From assembly GCA_044757065.1 (NCBI GenBank), contig JBIVUG010000002.1: DNA of 24,000 nucleotides; one strand, 5' to 3'. The notes below the pieces were generated by a model. That model saw nothing but the letters and a program-made list of their open reading frames with translations. It made no database searches and was not told the DNA's origin. Position 1 is the stretch's first letter, and every line of letters begins with the position of its first letter. The DNA is from Actinosynnema sp. NPDC091369. GTDB taxonomy: Bacteria > Actinomycetota > Actinomycetes > Mycobacteriales > Pseudonocardiaceae. The translations under genes and the position numbers were made by a program. Below are positions 1 to 10,039 of this stretch, piece by piece.

Positions 1-3000
1 ACGTCGGCGAACAGCCCGCACAGCACCTCCTCCGCCCGGGTCGACGCGGCGCGCGAGGTCGCCGCGCCCGTCACCACCGGCTTGGGCAGGGCGCGCACGT
101 CGAGCTTGCCGTTGACGGTGAGCGGCAGCGCGTCCACCGCCACGATCGCGGCGGGCACCATGTAGTCGGGCAGGCTCAGCTTCAGGCTTTCGCGCAACGT
201 TGCAGTTTCGACCGCGGACACCACATAACCGATGAGCCGCTTCACGCCGCCCGGCCCGGCGTCCACGACGACCGCCGCGTGGGTCACCCCGGGCTGGGCC
301 ACCAGCGCGGACTCGACCTCGCCCAGCTCCACCCGGTAGCCGCGGATCTTGACCTGGTCGTCGGTGCGGCCGAGGAAGTCCAGGTTGCCGTCCCGGCGTG
401 CCCGCACCAGGTCACCCGTGCGGTACATGCGGGTGCCGGGCGGGCCGTACGGGTCGGCGACGAACCGCTCCGCGGTCAGGCCGAACCGGTCGTGGTAGCC
501 GCGGGCCAGGCCGACGCCCGCGATGTAGAGCTCGCCGGGCGACCCGGGCGGCACCGGCCGCAGGTGCGCGTCGAGCACGTACGCGCGGGTGTTCCAGATC
601 GCCTTGCCGACCGTGGCCGTCGGACTGTCCTCAGTGGACGCACCGAGCGTGTTGATCGTGTACTCGGTGGGCCCGTAGAGGTTGTAGCCGTACGTGCCGG
701 GTGTGTCGCGCAGCCGCTGCCACACCGACTCGGGCACGGCCTCGCCGCCGAGCAGCACCAGCGCGGGAACGTGCCCCTCCAGCAGGCCCTCCTCGATCAG
801 CAGCTGCGCGTAGGTCGGGGTCACGTTGACCACGTCGATCAGGTGCTCGTCGCAGTACGCCACCAGGGCCGCCGCGTCCCGGCGCAGCTCCTCGTCGCAC
901 ACGTGCACCTCGTGGCCCTCGACCAGCCACAGCAGCTCCTCCCACGACATGTCGAACGCGAACGACACGGTGTGGGCGATGCGCAGCCGCCGTCCGCCGG
1001 CCGCCGCGATGGCGGGCGCGAAGATCGCCTGCTGGTGGTTGAGCTGCATGTTCGTCAGGCCGCGGTACGGCGTGACGACGCCCTTCGGCCGGCCCGTCGA
1101 GCCGGACGTGTAGATCACGTACGCCGGGTGGTCCAGCGAGAACGACGGCCACTCGACCTCGTCGGGCGCCTCGGGCAGGTCGTCGACGCACAGCGCGTCC
1201 GGCACCAGGCCGACCGCCGTGGTCGACAGCACGCACAGCGGCCGGGTGTCCTCGATCATCAGCAGCAGCCGGTCGGCCGGGTGGTCGAGGTCCAGCGGCA
1301 GGTAGGCGGCCCCGGTGCGCAGCACCGCGAACAACGCCACCACCATTTCGGTCGTGCGCGGCAGCGCGAGCGCGACCACGCGCTCCGGTCCCGCGCCGCG
1401 GCTGATCAGCAGGCAGGCCAGGGTGTCGATCCGGTCCTGGAGCTCGGCGTAGGTGAGCCGCTGGTCGCCGAACACGAGCGCGGTCGCGTCCGGGGTCCGG
1501 CGGGCCTGGGCGACGAGCAGGTCGGCGACGGTCTCGGAGACCACCGGGTTGGCGCTGGCGTCCCACTCGGCTTCCAGCGCGCGTCGTTCGTGGTCGGGCA
1601 GCACGTCGAGCGTGCCGACCAGCGCGTCCGGTGCGTCGACCAGGCGGCGCAGCACGGTGGTGTACCGGGTGAGCAGGGCCTCGGCGGCGTCGGCGGTGAA
1701 GGTGTCCGGTCGGGACGCCAGCGTGACGCGGGTGCGGGCGCCGGGCGTGATGATGAGCGTCAGCGGGAAGTGCGTTCCGTCCACGTTGGACACGTCGAGC
1801 ACGCCGTGGCGGGACGCCAGCTCGCCCTGCCGGTCGTCGCCGTCGCCGGTGCGCAGCACGAACAGCGTGTCGAACAGCTGCCGGTGCCCGGCCTCCCGCT
1901 GGATCTCGCCCAGGCCGACGTGCTCGTAGGACATGAGCGCGGTCCGCTCGGCCTGGACGCGCCGCAGCAGCTCCAGCACGGTCTCGCGGGGGTCGATCGC
2001 GATCCGGGTGGGGATGGTGTTGAGGAACATGCCGATGACGTGCTCGACGCCGTCGACCTCGACCGGGCGTCCCGCGACGGCGGTGCCGAACACCACGTCG
2101 TCCCGGCCGACCTGGCTCGCCAGCACCATCGCCCACGCGGCGTTGAAGACGGCGTTGGCGGTCAGGCCGTGCCGCCGGGCCTGCGCCCGGACGCGGTCGG
2201 TCAGCTCCTCGGTCAGCTCCTCGTGGAACTCGGCCGGGATGACCGGCTCGCGGGACCGGTCCGCGGGCGCGACCAGGGTCGGCTCGCGCAGGCCGGACAG
2301 CGCGGTGCGCCACGCGCGCAGCGCCGCGTCGTGGTCCTGCCGGGCCAGCCACGCCAGGTAGTCGCGGTAGGAGCCGGGCGGCGGCAGCTCGGCGTCGGCG
2401 TCGCGGTACAGCTCCAGCAGCTGCTCCAGGAACAGCCACGCCGACCAGCCGTCCCACAGGATCAGGTGGTGGGTGATGACGAGCCGGTCGCGGCCGTCGG
2501 GCAGCCGCAGCACCAGGAACCGGCACAGCGGCGGCGCGGCCAGGTCGAACCGCTCGCGCCGGTCGGCGGCCAGCAGGTCCGGCACGTCGGCGTCGTCCGC
2601 GTCGACCACGCGCAGCGGGATCTCCGGGGCGGGCGCGATGAACTGCACCGGCGTCGGCACGCCGTCGCTGGTGAACCCGGCCCGCAGGCTCGGGTGGCGG
2701 GCCAGGAGCGCGGCGCCCGCGCGGCGCAGCCGGTCGACGTCCACCCGTCCGGCGAAGTCCATCGTCTCCTGGGACAGGTAGACGTCGAGCGCGCCGGTGT
2801 CGTAGCTGGAGTGGAAGTACAGGCCCTCCTGCAACGGGGACAGCGGCCACACGTCCTCCGCCTCGGGCAGGGCGGCGCGCTGCTCGTCGGTCAGCACGAG
2901 CAGCGGCGCGTCGTCGGCGGTGCCCGCCTTCGCCTCGACGGCGGCCAGCGCGGCGACCGTGCGGTGCTCGAACACGTCGCGCGGACTGATCCCGACGCCC

Positions 3001-6000
3001 AGCCGGCGGGCCCGGGTGGACACCGCGATGGACGTGATGCTGTCGCCGCCGAGGGTGAAGAAGTCGTCGTCCACGCCCAGCTCGGCCAGGCCGAGGACGT
3101 CGGCGAACACCTCGCACAGCAGGCGTTCCCGCTCGGTGGCGGGCGCACGGCGCTCGGCCTTGGCGAGCGCGGGCGACGGCAGCGCGTTCTGGTCGAGCTT
3201 GCCGCTCGGGGTGAGCGGGAAGTCCGGCAGCGCCACGACCGCGTGCGGGACCATCGCGGCGGGCAGGGCGGCGGCGATCCCGGTCCGCACCGCGTCGAGG
3301 TCGACGTCGTCCGGCGTCACGTACGCCAAGAGCTGGTTGTCGCGGGCGATGACCGCCGCCCGTGCCACGCCGGGCAGCGCGACCAGCGCCGACTCGACCT
3401 CGCCGAGCTCGATCCGGTTGCCGCGCACCTTGACCTGGCGGTCGGTGCGGCCCAGGTAGACGAGCGCGCCGTCCGCGCGGCGCACGACCAGGTCGCCGGT
3501 GCGGTACATGCGGTCACCGGGCGCGCCGAACGGGTCGGCGACGAACCGCTCGGCGGTGAGCGCGGCCCGGCCGCGGTAGCCCAGCGCGAGCTGGACGCCC
3601 GCCAGGTACAGCTCGCCCGGCACGTTCGCCGGGACGGGCCGCAGGAACGGGTCGAGCACGTGCAGCCGGGTGTTCCAGACCGGGTGGCCGATCGGCACGG
3701 CGTGGTCCGGCGCGCCGTCGTACTCGAAGTGCGTGACGTCCACGGCGGCTTCGGTGGGGCCGTACAGGTTGTGCAGCGGCACGCCGGTGAGGGCGCGCCA
3801 GCGGGCGGCCACCTCACCGGTCAACGCCTCGCCGCTGCTGAACGCGCGGCGCAGGCTCGCCGACCACGCCGCGTCCTCGTTCACCTCGGGCACGGTCAGG
3901 AACGCAGCCAGCATCGACGGCACGAAGTGCAGGGTGGTGATGCGCTCGCGGCGGATCAGGTCGGCGAGGTAGGCGGGGTCGCGGTGGCCGTCCGGCTTGG
4001 CGAGCACGACGGCCGCGCCCTCGCACAGGGCCCAGAAGAACTCCCAGACCGAGACGTCGAAGCTCGACGGCGTCTTCTGCAGCACGCGGTCGTCGGCGGT
4101 GAGGCGGTACTCGTGCTGCATCCACGCCAGCCGGTTGACGATGGCGCGATGCGTGACGACGACGCCCTTGGGCCGCCCGGTCGAGCCGGAGGTGTAGATG
4201 AGGTAGGCGGGCTGGTCCGGGTGCGGCGAGGGGAGCTCGACGTCCGGCGCGGCGTCGTCCCGGCAGTCCTCCGGGCGGACGACGACGGTCGCGCCGGAGT
4301 CGGCCAGCATGAACTCGACGCGGTCGGCCGGGTAGTCGAGGTCGAGCGGCAGGTAGGCGGCGCCGGCCTTGAGCACGCCCAGCAGGGCCACCATCAGCTC
4401 GGCGGACCGCGGCACGGCGACCGCGACGACGTCGTGGCCGCGCAGCCTGCGGGCCAGCGCCGCGGCGCGGCGGTCCAGTTCGGCGTAGGTGAGGGTGACG
4501 TCGTCGTGGACGACGGCGGTGGCGTCCGGGGTACGGGCGGTCTGCGCGGCGATCCGGCTGACGAGCGTGCCTTCGGGCACGTCGGCGGCGGTGGCGTTGA
4601 GCTGCCGCAGCCAGTCGGCTTCGGCGCTGGTGACGAGGTCGAGGCTCGCGACCGGCCGGTCCGGGGTGGTGGCGAACGCGGTCAGCAGGCGGACCAGCCG
4701 CTCGGCCAGGGCGGCGGCTTCGGCGTCGGGCACGCGGTGCTTGAGTCGCAGCTCGATGCGCTCGCCGGGCAGGGCGATCAGCGCCAGCGGGTAGTGCACC
4801 TGGTCGCGGATCTCCACGTCGTCGACCACGTCGGGGAAGTTCTCGACCACGACGAGGGTGTCGAACAGCTCGCCGTGCCCGGTGACGCGCTGGATCTCGG
4901 CGAGGCCGAGGTGCTGGTGGTCCAGCAGCCGCGCCTGCTCGGCCTGGAGGTGGGCGAAGGCGGTCGCGAGGCTGTCGTGCCCCCGCCACCGCTGGCGGAC
5001 GGGCACGGTGTTGATGAACAGGCCGACCGCGTTCTCGATCCCGGGCACCTCGGCCGGCCGCCCGGCCACCGTGGTGCCGTAGACGACGTCGGCGCGCCCG
5101 GTGAGGCCGCCGAGGAGCAGGCCCCACGCGCCGTGCAGCACGGTGCTCAACGTCAGACCGCGCCGCCGCGCCTGCGCGACCAGCGCCGCGCTCAGGTCGG
5201 CGGGCAGCGTCACCCGGTGCTGCCCGTGCCGCGGCGACACGTCGCCCACCGGGGCCGCTGCGCGGGCGTCCCCACCCACGGCAGCGCGGGCGTCCCCGCC
5301 CACGCCGGAGTTCCCGCCCAAGGCTGCGCGGAGGTCCCCGCCCAGGGGACCCCTGTTCTTATTCTCCCACCGGGGTACGAGAATTCCGGCGACGAGCGTC
5401 GGCTCGTCCACATCGGACAGGGCCGCGCGCCAGGCAGCGTGCGCCGCGTCGCGGTCACGGCCCGCCAGCCACGCGAAGTAGTGCCGGTGGTCGACCGGCT
5501 CCACCCGGCCGCCCACCAGCTCACGCCGCAGCAGGCCGACCGACCAGCCGTCCAGCAGGATGTGGTGCAGCGTCAGCACCAACCGGCCGCCGTGCCGCGC
5601 CGCCCGCACCAGCGGCGGGCGGGACAGGTCGAACGGTTCGGCCCGTTCGGCGGCCAGCACGGCCTCGACGTCGTCACCCGCCGGGTACTCGCGCCACGGC
5701 AGCGCCAACCCCTCCGCGATCACCTGCTCCACGCGCCCGCGGTCGGTCTGGCGGAAACCCGCGCGCAGCAACGGGTGCCGGTCCAGCAGGCCCTGCACCG
5801 CCTCCCGGTCCACGTCGAGGTTCAGCACCTCCTGCACCACGTACGAGTCGTCCGCGTCGTACTGGGCGTGGAAGAAGAAGCCCTCCTGCAACGGCGACGC
5901 CGGCAGCACGTCGGAGGGGAAACCGTCCAGCGACACCTCGGCCGCCGCGCCGATGGCACGCGCGACCCGCGCCAACCCCGCCACGGTCCGGTGCTCGAAC

Positions 6001-8855
6001 ACCTCGCGCGGCGTGAACTCCAGGCCCGCCGCCCGCGCCCGCGACACCAGCTGCATCGTGACGATGCTGTCGCCGCCCAGCTCGAAGAAGTTGTCGTGGA
6101 TGCCCGGCGTCAACCCCAGCACGGCCTCGACCAGGTCCACCAACGCCTGCTCGACCGGGTTCGTGGCCGGGGCGTCGCCGCCGAGCGCGGTCCAGTCGGG
6201 TTCCGGCAGCGCCGCGCGGTCCAGCTTGCCGTTCGGGGTCAACGGCAGCGGCCCGGCCACCGGCACCACCACGGACGGCACCATGTACTCCGGCAGCGCC
6301 GCGGCGACGTGCTCCCGCGCGTCCACCGGCGCGGCCGAGCCGACCACGTACGCGACGAGCCGCTTCACCCGCCGGTGGTCCTCCCGCACCAGCACGGCGG
6401 CCTGCGCGATCCCGGGGTGCGCCATGAGCACGCTCTCGACCTCGCCCGGCTCGATCCGGAACCCCCGGATCTTCACCTGGCCGTCGGAGCGGCCCAGGAA
6501 GTCCAGGTTGCCGTCCGCGCGCCACCGCGCCCGGTCGCCGGTCCGGTACATCCGCGCACCGGGCGCGCCGAACGGGTCGGCCACGAACCGGGACGCGGTC
6601 AGCGCCGCCTGACCCCGGTAGCCGCGCGCGAGCCCGCGCCCGCCGACGTACAGCTCCCCCTCGACGCCCACCGGCACCGGCCGCAGCGCCGAGTCCAGCA
6701 CGTAGCAGCGGGTGTTCGGGTCCGGCACGCCGATCGGCACCGGCCCCGTCCAGTCCGGCTGGGCCGGCCACAGCGTCGAGTTCACCGTCGCCTCGGTCAG
6801 GCCGTAGGCCGCCACGACCCGCAGCCGCCGGGCCCACCGGGCGATCAGCTCGGTCGGAACGGTCTCCGTGCCCACGATCAGCACCGCACCCGCGGGCAGC
6901 TCGCACTCCGGCGGCAGCGCGGCGACCAGCGACGGCGGCAGGATCATGTGCGTGGCCCCGTGCGCGGCGATGTAGGAGGTCAGCTCCTCGCCCGCGACGC
7001 GGCGGTGCGACGGCACGACGACCGCCCGCCCGCCGACGCCCAACGACATGCACAGGTCCCACACGGCCACGTCGAACCCGACGGACGCGAACTGCACCAC
7101 CCGGCTGTCCGGCGTGATCCCGATCCGGTCCAGTGCCGTCGCGATCAGGCTGCCGATGCCCTCGTGCGTGACCACGACGCCCTTGGGCCGGCCGGTCGAG
7201 CCGGACGTGTAGATCACGTACGCGGCCTGGTCCAGCGCGATGGGAAGGCCCAGGTCCGAGCCGTCGGCGGGCAGGTCGAACCGGGTCTGCGGCGTGATGA
7301 CGAGCTTGGCGCCCGCGTCGGCCACCATGTAGTCGACGCGGTCGCGGGGGTGGTCGAGGTCCAGCGGCAGGTAGGCCGCGCCCGCCTTCATCACCGCGAG
7401 CAGCGTCACGACCAGGTCGGCCGAGCGGGGCAGGGCCACGCCGACGACGTCCTCCGCTCCCACGCCCGCCGCGACGAGCGCGCGGGCCAGCCGGTTCGCG
7501 GCGGTGTTCAGCTCGGCGTAGGTCAGCGCCACGTCCTCGCACACCACCGCGACGGCGTCCGGGCGCAGCGCGGCCTGGCGCTCGACCGCACCGGGCCACG
7601 TCACCTCGTCCACCTCGCGCGGCGACGTGCCGAGGTCCAGCAGCCGGGCGCGTTCGGCGTCGTCGACCAGGTCGATCAACGCCACCGGCTGGTCGGGGTC
7701 GGCGTCGAGCACGCGCAGGAAGCGGCGCTGGTGGTCGGCCAGCTCGTCGGGCGTGCACACGGCGGCGTTCGCCTCGAACGTCACGACGAGCCTGCCGTCG
7801 GCGCGCTGGAGGAACGACGTGGTGAGGTCGTTGACCGGGCCGAGCGACAGCATGTGGAACGCGGGGTCGAGCTCGGTGAACCCCATCTCGCGGCCGAAGC
7901 CGAGGTAGTTGACCGTCGGCCCGACCAGCTCGGGGATGCCGTCGCGCAGGCCCAGCTCGCGGGCCAGGTCCTCGCCGCGGTAGGCGCTGTGCGGGATGAC
8001 CTCGCGGATCTCGCGGTCGACGTCGGCGATCAGGCCGGTGAGCGTGCTGTCCGGGCGGACGGTGACGCGCAGCGGCAGCACGGTGGACGCCATACCGGGC
8101 GTGACCCGGCTGACCGCGTCCCGCCGGCCCGTCACCGGCATGGCCAGCACCAGGTCGGTCGCGCCGGTCACGCGGTGGGTGTAGGCGGCGACGGCGGCGA
8201 TGACCTGCCGCGAGGACAACGGGTCCGGCAGCTCGACGGTCCGGCGGATGACCTCGCGCACCTGCCCGGCGGCCCGCGGCACGAGCCGCACCGGCTCGGG
8301 GTGGTCGGCCATCTTCGCGTGCCAGAACGCCCGGTCCGCTTCGCGGGCCGGCGACTCGCGGTAGGCCAGGTCGGCGTCGACCAGTGCCCGGACCGGCTTC
8401 GGCCGCGGCTCGGTGGCGCCCTCGTACAGCTCGCCGGCCCGGCGGGTGATCAGCACGCAGCCGTAGGCGTCGACCACGAGGTGGTGGTAGCGCTGGTACC
8501 ACAGCACGTGGTCGTCGGCGATGCGCAGCAGCGCGTGGTGGAACAGGGGGCCGTCGGCGATGTCGGTCAACCGGGCCATGTCGTCGTCCATCCACGCCCG
8601 CGCGTCGGCGAGCGAGTCGAACGACAGCAGCGTGACGTCGGTGGTCGGCGGCACCGGCACCTGGCCGTGCTCGGTGAAGCGGACGTGCAGCGCGCCGGTC
8701 TCGCCGACCACCTGCCGGACGGCCGCCTCCAGCCGGTCGTGGTCGACCGGGCCGCGCAGCTCCAGGTACCAGGCGACGTTGTAGACGGGGTTGTCGGGCT
8801 CCAGCTGCTGTGCCAACCAGACACCCGTCTGAGCACCGGTCAAGGGCAGCGCCAT
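1..8855 (-). CDS. Non-ribosomal peptide synthetase (siderophore type); 3' end runs off the left window edge. Domain order: C(DhbF/EntF-like)-A-T-C-A(Ser)-T-C-A(N5-hydroxy-Orn)-T(partial)
   Basis: Hand translation of the minus frame whose codon first bases are congruent to 2 mod 3. ATG at 8855-8853 is preceded by a GGAAGG SD. The N-terminus is [37 protein letters not shown]..., with HHLVVDAYG at 8486-8460. The three A3 cores [11 protein letters not shown] lie at 7179-7211, 4164-4196 and 1080-1112, all in the same frame. Carrier motifs are FFELGGDSI (Ser codon 6066-6068) and FFTLGGDSI (Ser codon 3039-3041). Internal C-domain motifs are HHILLDGWS (5541-5567) and [10 protein letters not shown] (2442-2471). 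NGKLD A10 motifs are near 6219-6233, 3190-3207 and 99-113. The window starts inside T3 ([11 protein letters not shown]). The gene is missing from the ORF track only because no stop codon lies in the window. Confidence 0.95.
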   Translation of the reverse strand, partial: MALPLTGAQTGVWLAQQLEPDNPVYNVAWYLELRGPVDHDRLEAAVRQVVGETGALHVRFTEHGQVPVPPTTDVTLLSFDSLADARAWMDDDMARLTDIADGPLFHHALLRIADDHVLWYQRYHHLVVDAYGCVLITRRAGELYEGATEPRPKPVRALVDADLAYRESPAREADRAFWHAKMADHPEPVRLVPRAAGQVREVIRRTVELPDPLSSRQVIAAVAAYTHRVTGATDLVLAMPVTGRRDAVSRVTPGMASTVLPLRVTVRPDSTLTGLIADVDREIREVIPHSAYRGEDLARELGLRDGIPELVGPTVNYLGFGREMGFTELDPAFHMLSLGPVNDLTTSFLQRADGRLVVTFEANAAVCTPDELADHQRRFLRVLDADPDQPVALIDLVDDAERARLLDLGTSPREVDEVTWPGAVERQAALRPDAVAVVCEDVALTYAELNTAANRLARALVAAGVGAEDVVGVALPRSADLVVTLLAVMKAGAAYLPLDLDHPRDRVDYMVADAGAKLVITPQTRFDLPADGSDLGLPIALDQAAYVIYTSGSTGRPKGVVVTHEGIGSLIATALDRIGITPDSRVVQFASVGFDVAVWDLCMSLGVGGRAVVVPSHRRVAGEELTSYIAAHGATHMILPPSLVAALPPECELPAGAVLIVGTETVPTELIARWARRLRVVAAYGLTEATVNSTLWPAQPDWTGPVPIGVPDPNTRCYVLDSALRPVPVGVEGELYVGGRGLARGYRGQAALTASRFVADPFGAPGARMYRTGDRARWRADGNLDFLGRSDGQVKIRGFRIEPGEVESVLMAHPGIAQAAVLVREDHRRVKRLVAYVVGSAAPVDAREHVAAALPEYMVPSVVVPVAGPLPLTPNGKLDRAALPEPDWTALGGDAPATNPVEQALVDLVEAVLGLTPGIHDNFFELGGDSIVTMQLVSRARAAGLEFTPREVFEHRTVAGLARVARAIGAAAEVSLDGFPSDVLPASPLQEGFFFHAQYDADDSYVVQEVLNLDVDREAVQGLLDRHPLLRAGFRQTDRGRVEQVIAEGLALPWREYPAGDDVEAVLAAERAEPFDLSRPPLVRAARHGGRLVLTLHHILLDGWSVGLLRRELVGGRVEPVDHRHYFAWLAGRDRDAAHAAWRAALSDVDEPTLVAGILVPRWENKNRGPLGGDLRAALGGNSGVGGDARAAVGGDARAAAPVGDVSPRHGQHRVTLPADLSAALVAQARRRGLTLSTVLHGAWGLLLGGLTGRADVVYGTTVAGRPAEVPGIENAVGLFINTVPVRQRWRGHDSLATAFAHLQAEQARLLDHQHLGLAEIQRVTGHGELFDTLVVVENFPDVVDDVEIRDQVHYPLALIALPGERIELRLKHRVPDAEAAALAERLVRLLTAFATTPDRPVASLDLVTSAEADWLRQLNATAADVPEGTLVSRIAAQTARTPDATAVVHDDVTLTYAELDRRAAALARRLRGHDVVAVAVPRSAELMVALLGVLKAGAAYLPLDLDYPADRVEFMLADSGATVVVRPEDCRDDAAPDVELPSPHPDQPAYLIYTSGSTGRPKGVVVTHRAIVNRLAWMQHEYRLTADDRVLQKTPSSFDVSVWEFFWALCEGAAVVLAKPDGHRDPAYLADLIRRERITTLHFVPSMLAAFLTVPEVNEDAAWSASLRRAFSSGEALTGEVAARWRALTGVPLHNLYGPTEAAVDVTHFEYDGAPDHAVPIGHPVWNTRLHVLDPFLRPVPANVPGELYLAGVQLALGYRGRAALTAERFVADPFGAPGDRMYRTGDLVVRRADGALVYLGRTDRQVKVRGNRIELGEVESALVALPGVARAAVIARDNQLLAYVTPDDVDLDAVRTGIAAALPAAMVPHAVVALPDFPLTPSGKLDQNALPSPALAKAERRAPATERERLLCEVFADVLGLAELGVDDDFFTLGGDSITSIAVSTRARRLGVGISPRDVFEHRTVAALAAVEAKAGTADDAPLLVLTDEQRAALPEAEDVWPLSPLQEGLYFHSSYDTGALDVYLSQETMDFAGRVDVDRLRRAGAALLARHPSLRAGFTSDGVPTPVQFIAPAPEIPLRVVDADDADVPDLLAADRRERFDLAAPPLCRFLVLRLPDGRDRLVITHHLILWDGWSAWLFLEQLLELYRDADAELPPPGSYRDYLAWLARQDHDAALRAWRTALSGLREPTLVAPADRSREPVIPAEFHEELTEELTDRVRAQARRHGLTANAVFNAAWAMVLASQVGRDDVVFGTAVAGRPVEVDGVEHVIGMFLNTIPTRIAIDPRETVLELLRRVQAERTALMSYEHVGLGEIQREAGHRQLFDTLFVLRTGDGDDRQGELASRHGVLDVSNVDGTHFPLTLIITPGARTRVTLASRPDTFTADAAEALLTRYTTVLRRLVDAPDALVGTLDVLPDHERRALEAEWDASANPVVSETVADLLVAQARRTPDATALVFGDQRLTYAELQDRIDTLACLLISRGAGPERVVALALPRTTEMVVALFAVLRTGAAYLPLDLDHPADRLLLMIEDTRPLCVLSTTAVGLVPDALCVDDLPEAPDEVEWPSFSLDHPAYVIYTSGSTGRPKGVVTPYRGLTNMQLNHQQAIFAPAIAAAGGRRLRIAHTVSFAFDMSWEELLWLVEGHEVHVCDEELRRDAAALVAYCDEHLIDVVNVTPTYAQLLIEEGLLEGHVPALVLLGGEAVPESVWQRLRDTPGTYGYNLYGPTEYTINTLGASTEDSPTATVGKAIWNTRAYVLDAHLRPVPPGSPGELYIAGVGLARGYHDRFGLTAERFVADPYGPPGTRMYRTGDLVRARRDGNLDFLGRTDDQVKIRGYRVELGEVESALVAQPGVTHAAVVVDAGPGGVKRLIGYVVSAVETATLRESLKLSLPDYMVPAAIVAVDALPLTVNGKLDVRALPKPVVTGAATSRAASTRAEEVLCGLFAD
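5256..5345 (-). repeat. In-frame tandem 24-nt (8-aa) repeat inside NRPS condensation domain 2, with units VGGDARAA / VGGDARAA / LGGNSG / LGGDLRAA
   Basis: Plus-strand units are cgctgcgcgggcgtccccacccac (5256-5279), ggcagcgcgggcgtccccgcccac (5280-5303), a shortened 18-nt unit (5304-5321) and ggctgcgcggaggtccccgcccag (5322-5345). The reading frame was checked codon by codon and contains no stop. Confidence 0.85.
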
Positions 8856-8897
8856 GGTCACGACCTTCCCGTTCCTTCCCGACTTTCCCCGTACACG

Positions 8898-8939
8898 CAC
8901 CGCGGGTGGGGATGCGCGACGGCACCCCCACCCGCGGTG
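8898..8939 (-). other. Perfect 14-bp inverted repeat (stem-loop) in the 92-nt spacer between the binding-protein gene and the NRPS gene
   Basis: caccgcgggtgggg (8898-8911) and ccccacccgcggtg (8926-8939) are exact reverse complements separated by a 14-nt loop. No U-tract follows on the minus strand. Confidence 0.6.
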
Positions 8940-8947
8940 GACCGCCG

Positions 8948-9958
8948 CTAGTTCTTGATCGCTTCGAGCAGCGGCACGACCTGCTCGATGCCGTAGGGCA
9001 CGCTCAGCACCGTGTTGAACGACATGGCCGCGCCGATCGGCGGGTCCATGTAGGTGAGGAACAGGTCGCGCTTCTCGCTGACGACCTTCAGCCGCTGGTA
9101 GGCGGGCACGGACTTGACCCGCTCCCACGCGCTCTGGTCGAACATCAGCCACACCAGCCGGTCGGCGTCGAGCAGGTCGAACCGCTCCTCGCTGAACTCG
9201 GCGACGTTCATCTGGCCGGCCAGCTTGCCGATCTCGTCCACGAGGGTGAAGCCCAGCTCCTTCATGAAGATGGCCTTCGGGTCGGTCGGCGCGAACGCGG
9301 AGTACTGGCCGGGCTTGAAGCTGTCGGCCACCACCATCTTCTTGCCCGCCCACTCGGGGTGCGCGGCCTTGGCCTCGCCGAACTTCTTCGCCACGCCGTC
9401 GATCAGGGCCTGCGCTTCCTTCTCCTTGCCCAGCGCCTTGCCGATGTGCAGGGTCTGGTCCTGCCACGGCGCGGCGTAGTCGGGGAACGCCTTGGGCTGC
9501 GCGACCACGGGCGCGATCTTGGACAGCGTGTCGTACTGCTCCTGCTTCATGCCGGAGTAGACCGCGAGGATCAGGTCGGGCTTGAGCGCGGCGACCTTCT
9601 CCAGGTTGTACTCGTCGCGCTCGCCGACGATCTCCGGCTGGGTGCTGCCCCAGAGTTCCTTGGTCCACGGCCAGTTGCCGAAGGGCCGCTCCTTGAACCA
9701 GTCCACGACGCCGACCGGCTTGACGCCCAGAGCCAGCACGGGCTCCTGGTCGGACAGGCCGAGCGTGACGACCTTCTTCGGCTCCGCCTTGATCTCGGTG
9801 GTGCCGTACTTGTGCTCGACCGAGACCGGGAACGCGCCGGTGGAGGCGGTGTCGGTCGTGCTCGTCCCGCCGGAGCCGGCGTCGCCGCCGCCCCCGCAGG
9901 CGGCCAGCGCCAGCGCTGCGGCCGAGACGACCGCGACCAGCTTGAACCTCGTGGACAT
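8948..9958 (-). CDS. Iron-siderophore ABC transporter substrate-binding lipoprotein (FhuD/DesE/CchF-like)
   Basis: 336-aa ORF. The N-terminal signal has a lipobox ([12 protein letters not shown]). The body is typical of a periplasmic-binding-protein type 2 domain ([22 protein letters not shown]..., [11 protein letters not shown]...). GC3 is high and it sits between siderophore biosynthesis genes. Confidence 0.9.
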   Translation of the reverse strand: MSTRFKLVAVVSAAALALAACGGGGDAGSGGTSTTDTASTGAFPVSVEHKYGTTEIKAEPKKVVTLGLSDQEPVLALGVKPVGVVDWFKERPFGNWPWTKELWGSTQPEIVGERDEYNLEKVAALKPDLILAVYSGMKQEQYDTLSKIAPVVAQPKAFPDYAAPWQDQTLHIGKALGKEKEAQALIDGVAKKFGEAKAAHPEWAGKKMVVADSFKPGQYSAFAPTDPKAIFMKELGFTLVDEIGKLAGQMNVAEFSEERFDLLDADRLVWLMFDQSAWERVKSVPAYQRLKVVSEKRDLFLTYMDPPIGAAMSFNTVLSVPYGIEQVVPLLEAIKN

Positions 9959-10004
9959 CAGGGTTTCCCTTTCAGCGGGCGCGACGGCGCGCCGTGATAC
10001 CAGG

Positions 10005-10023
10005 TTAGGTTTGCGTAACCTAA
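10005..10023. promoter_or_regulatory. IdeR/DmdR-type iron box upstream of the binding-protein/NRPS transcription unit
   Basis: TTAGGTTTGCGTAACCTAA matches the 19-bp consensus TTAGGTTAGGCTAACCTAA at 16/19. The 7-bp arms TTAGGTT/AACCTAA are perfect. It lies 47 nt upstream of the ATG at 9958, in a locally AT-richer spacer. Confidence 0.8.
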
Positions 10024-10039
10024 CAAACGGAGAGGCGGT

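Noticed and set aside
5352-5387. Low-GC patch with a GAATTC site inside the NRPS, considered as a transposon or IS end or a cloning junction
   Set aside because: There are no flanking inverted repeats, target duplication or transposase. The reading frame is continuous. It is kept only as part of the in-frame insertion finding.
2900-6150. Epimerisation domains or dual E/C domains, suggested by the GGDSI (rather than GGHSL) core of both complete carrier domains
   Set aside because: The distance from each carrier Ser to the next A3 motif (about 626 and 650 aa) only fits one C domain plus the A-domain N-terminus. The C domains lack a second N-terminal HH motif. No stereochemical inference is justified from the sequence alone.
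631-8931. Minus-strand ORFs 631-3117, 3317-3817, 3814-5127 and 5674-8931 (828, 166, 437 and 1085 aa)
   Set aside because: They lie in the wrong frames relative to the NRPS motifs, are Arg/Pro/Gly-rich and contain no domains. They are off-frame shadows of the true NRPS reading frame.
279-8951. 2890-aa plus-strand ORF, the longest in the track
   Set aside because: It is the exact codon-register antisense of the NRPS gene; for example, plus CTT at 7182-7184 is the minus AAG of the A3 motif. Its translation is Arg/Gly/His/Val/Asp-rich with no NRPS or other motifs. Antisense frames stay open in GC3-rich genes because TTA, CTA and TCA codons are rare.
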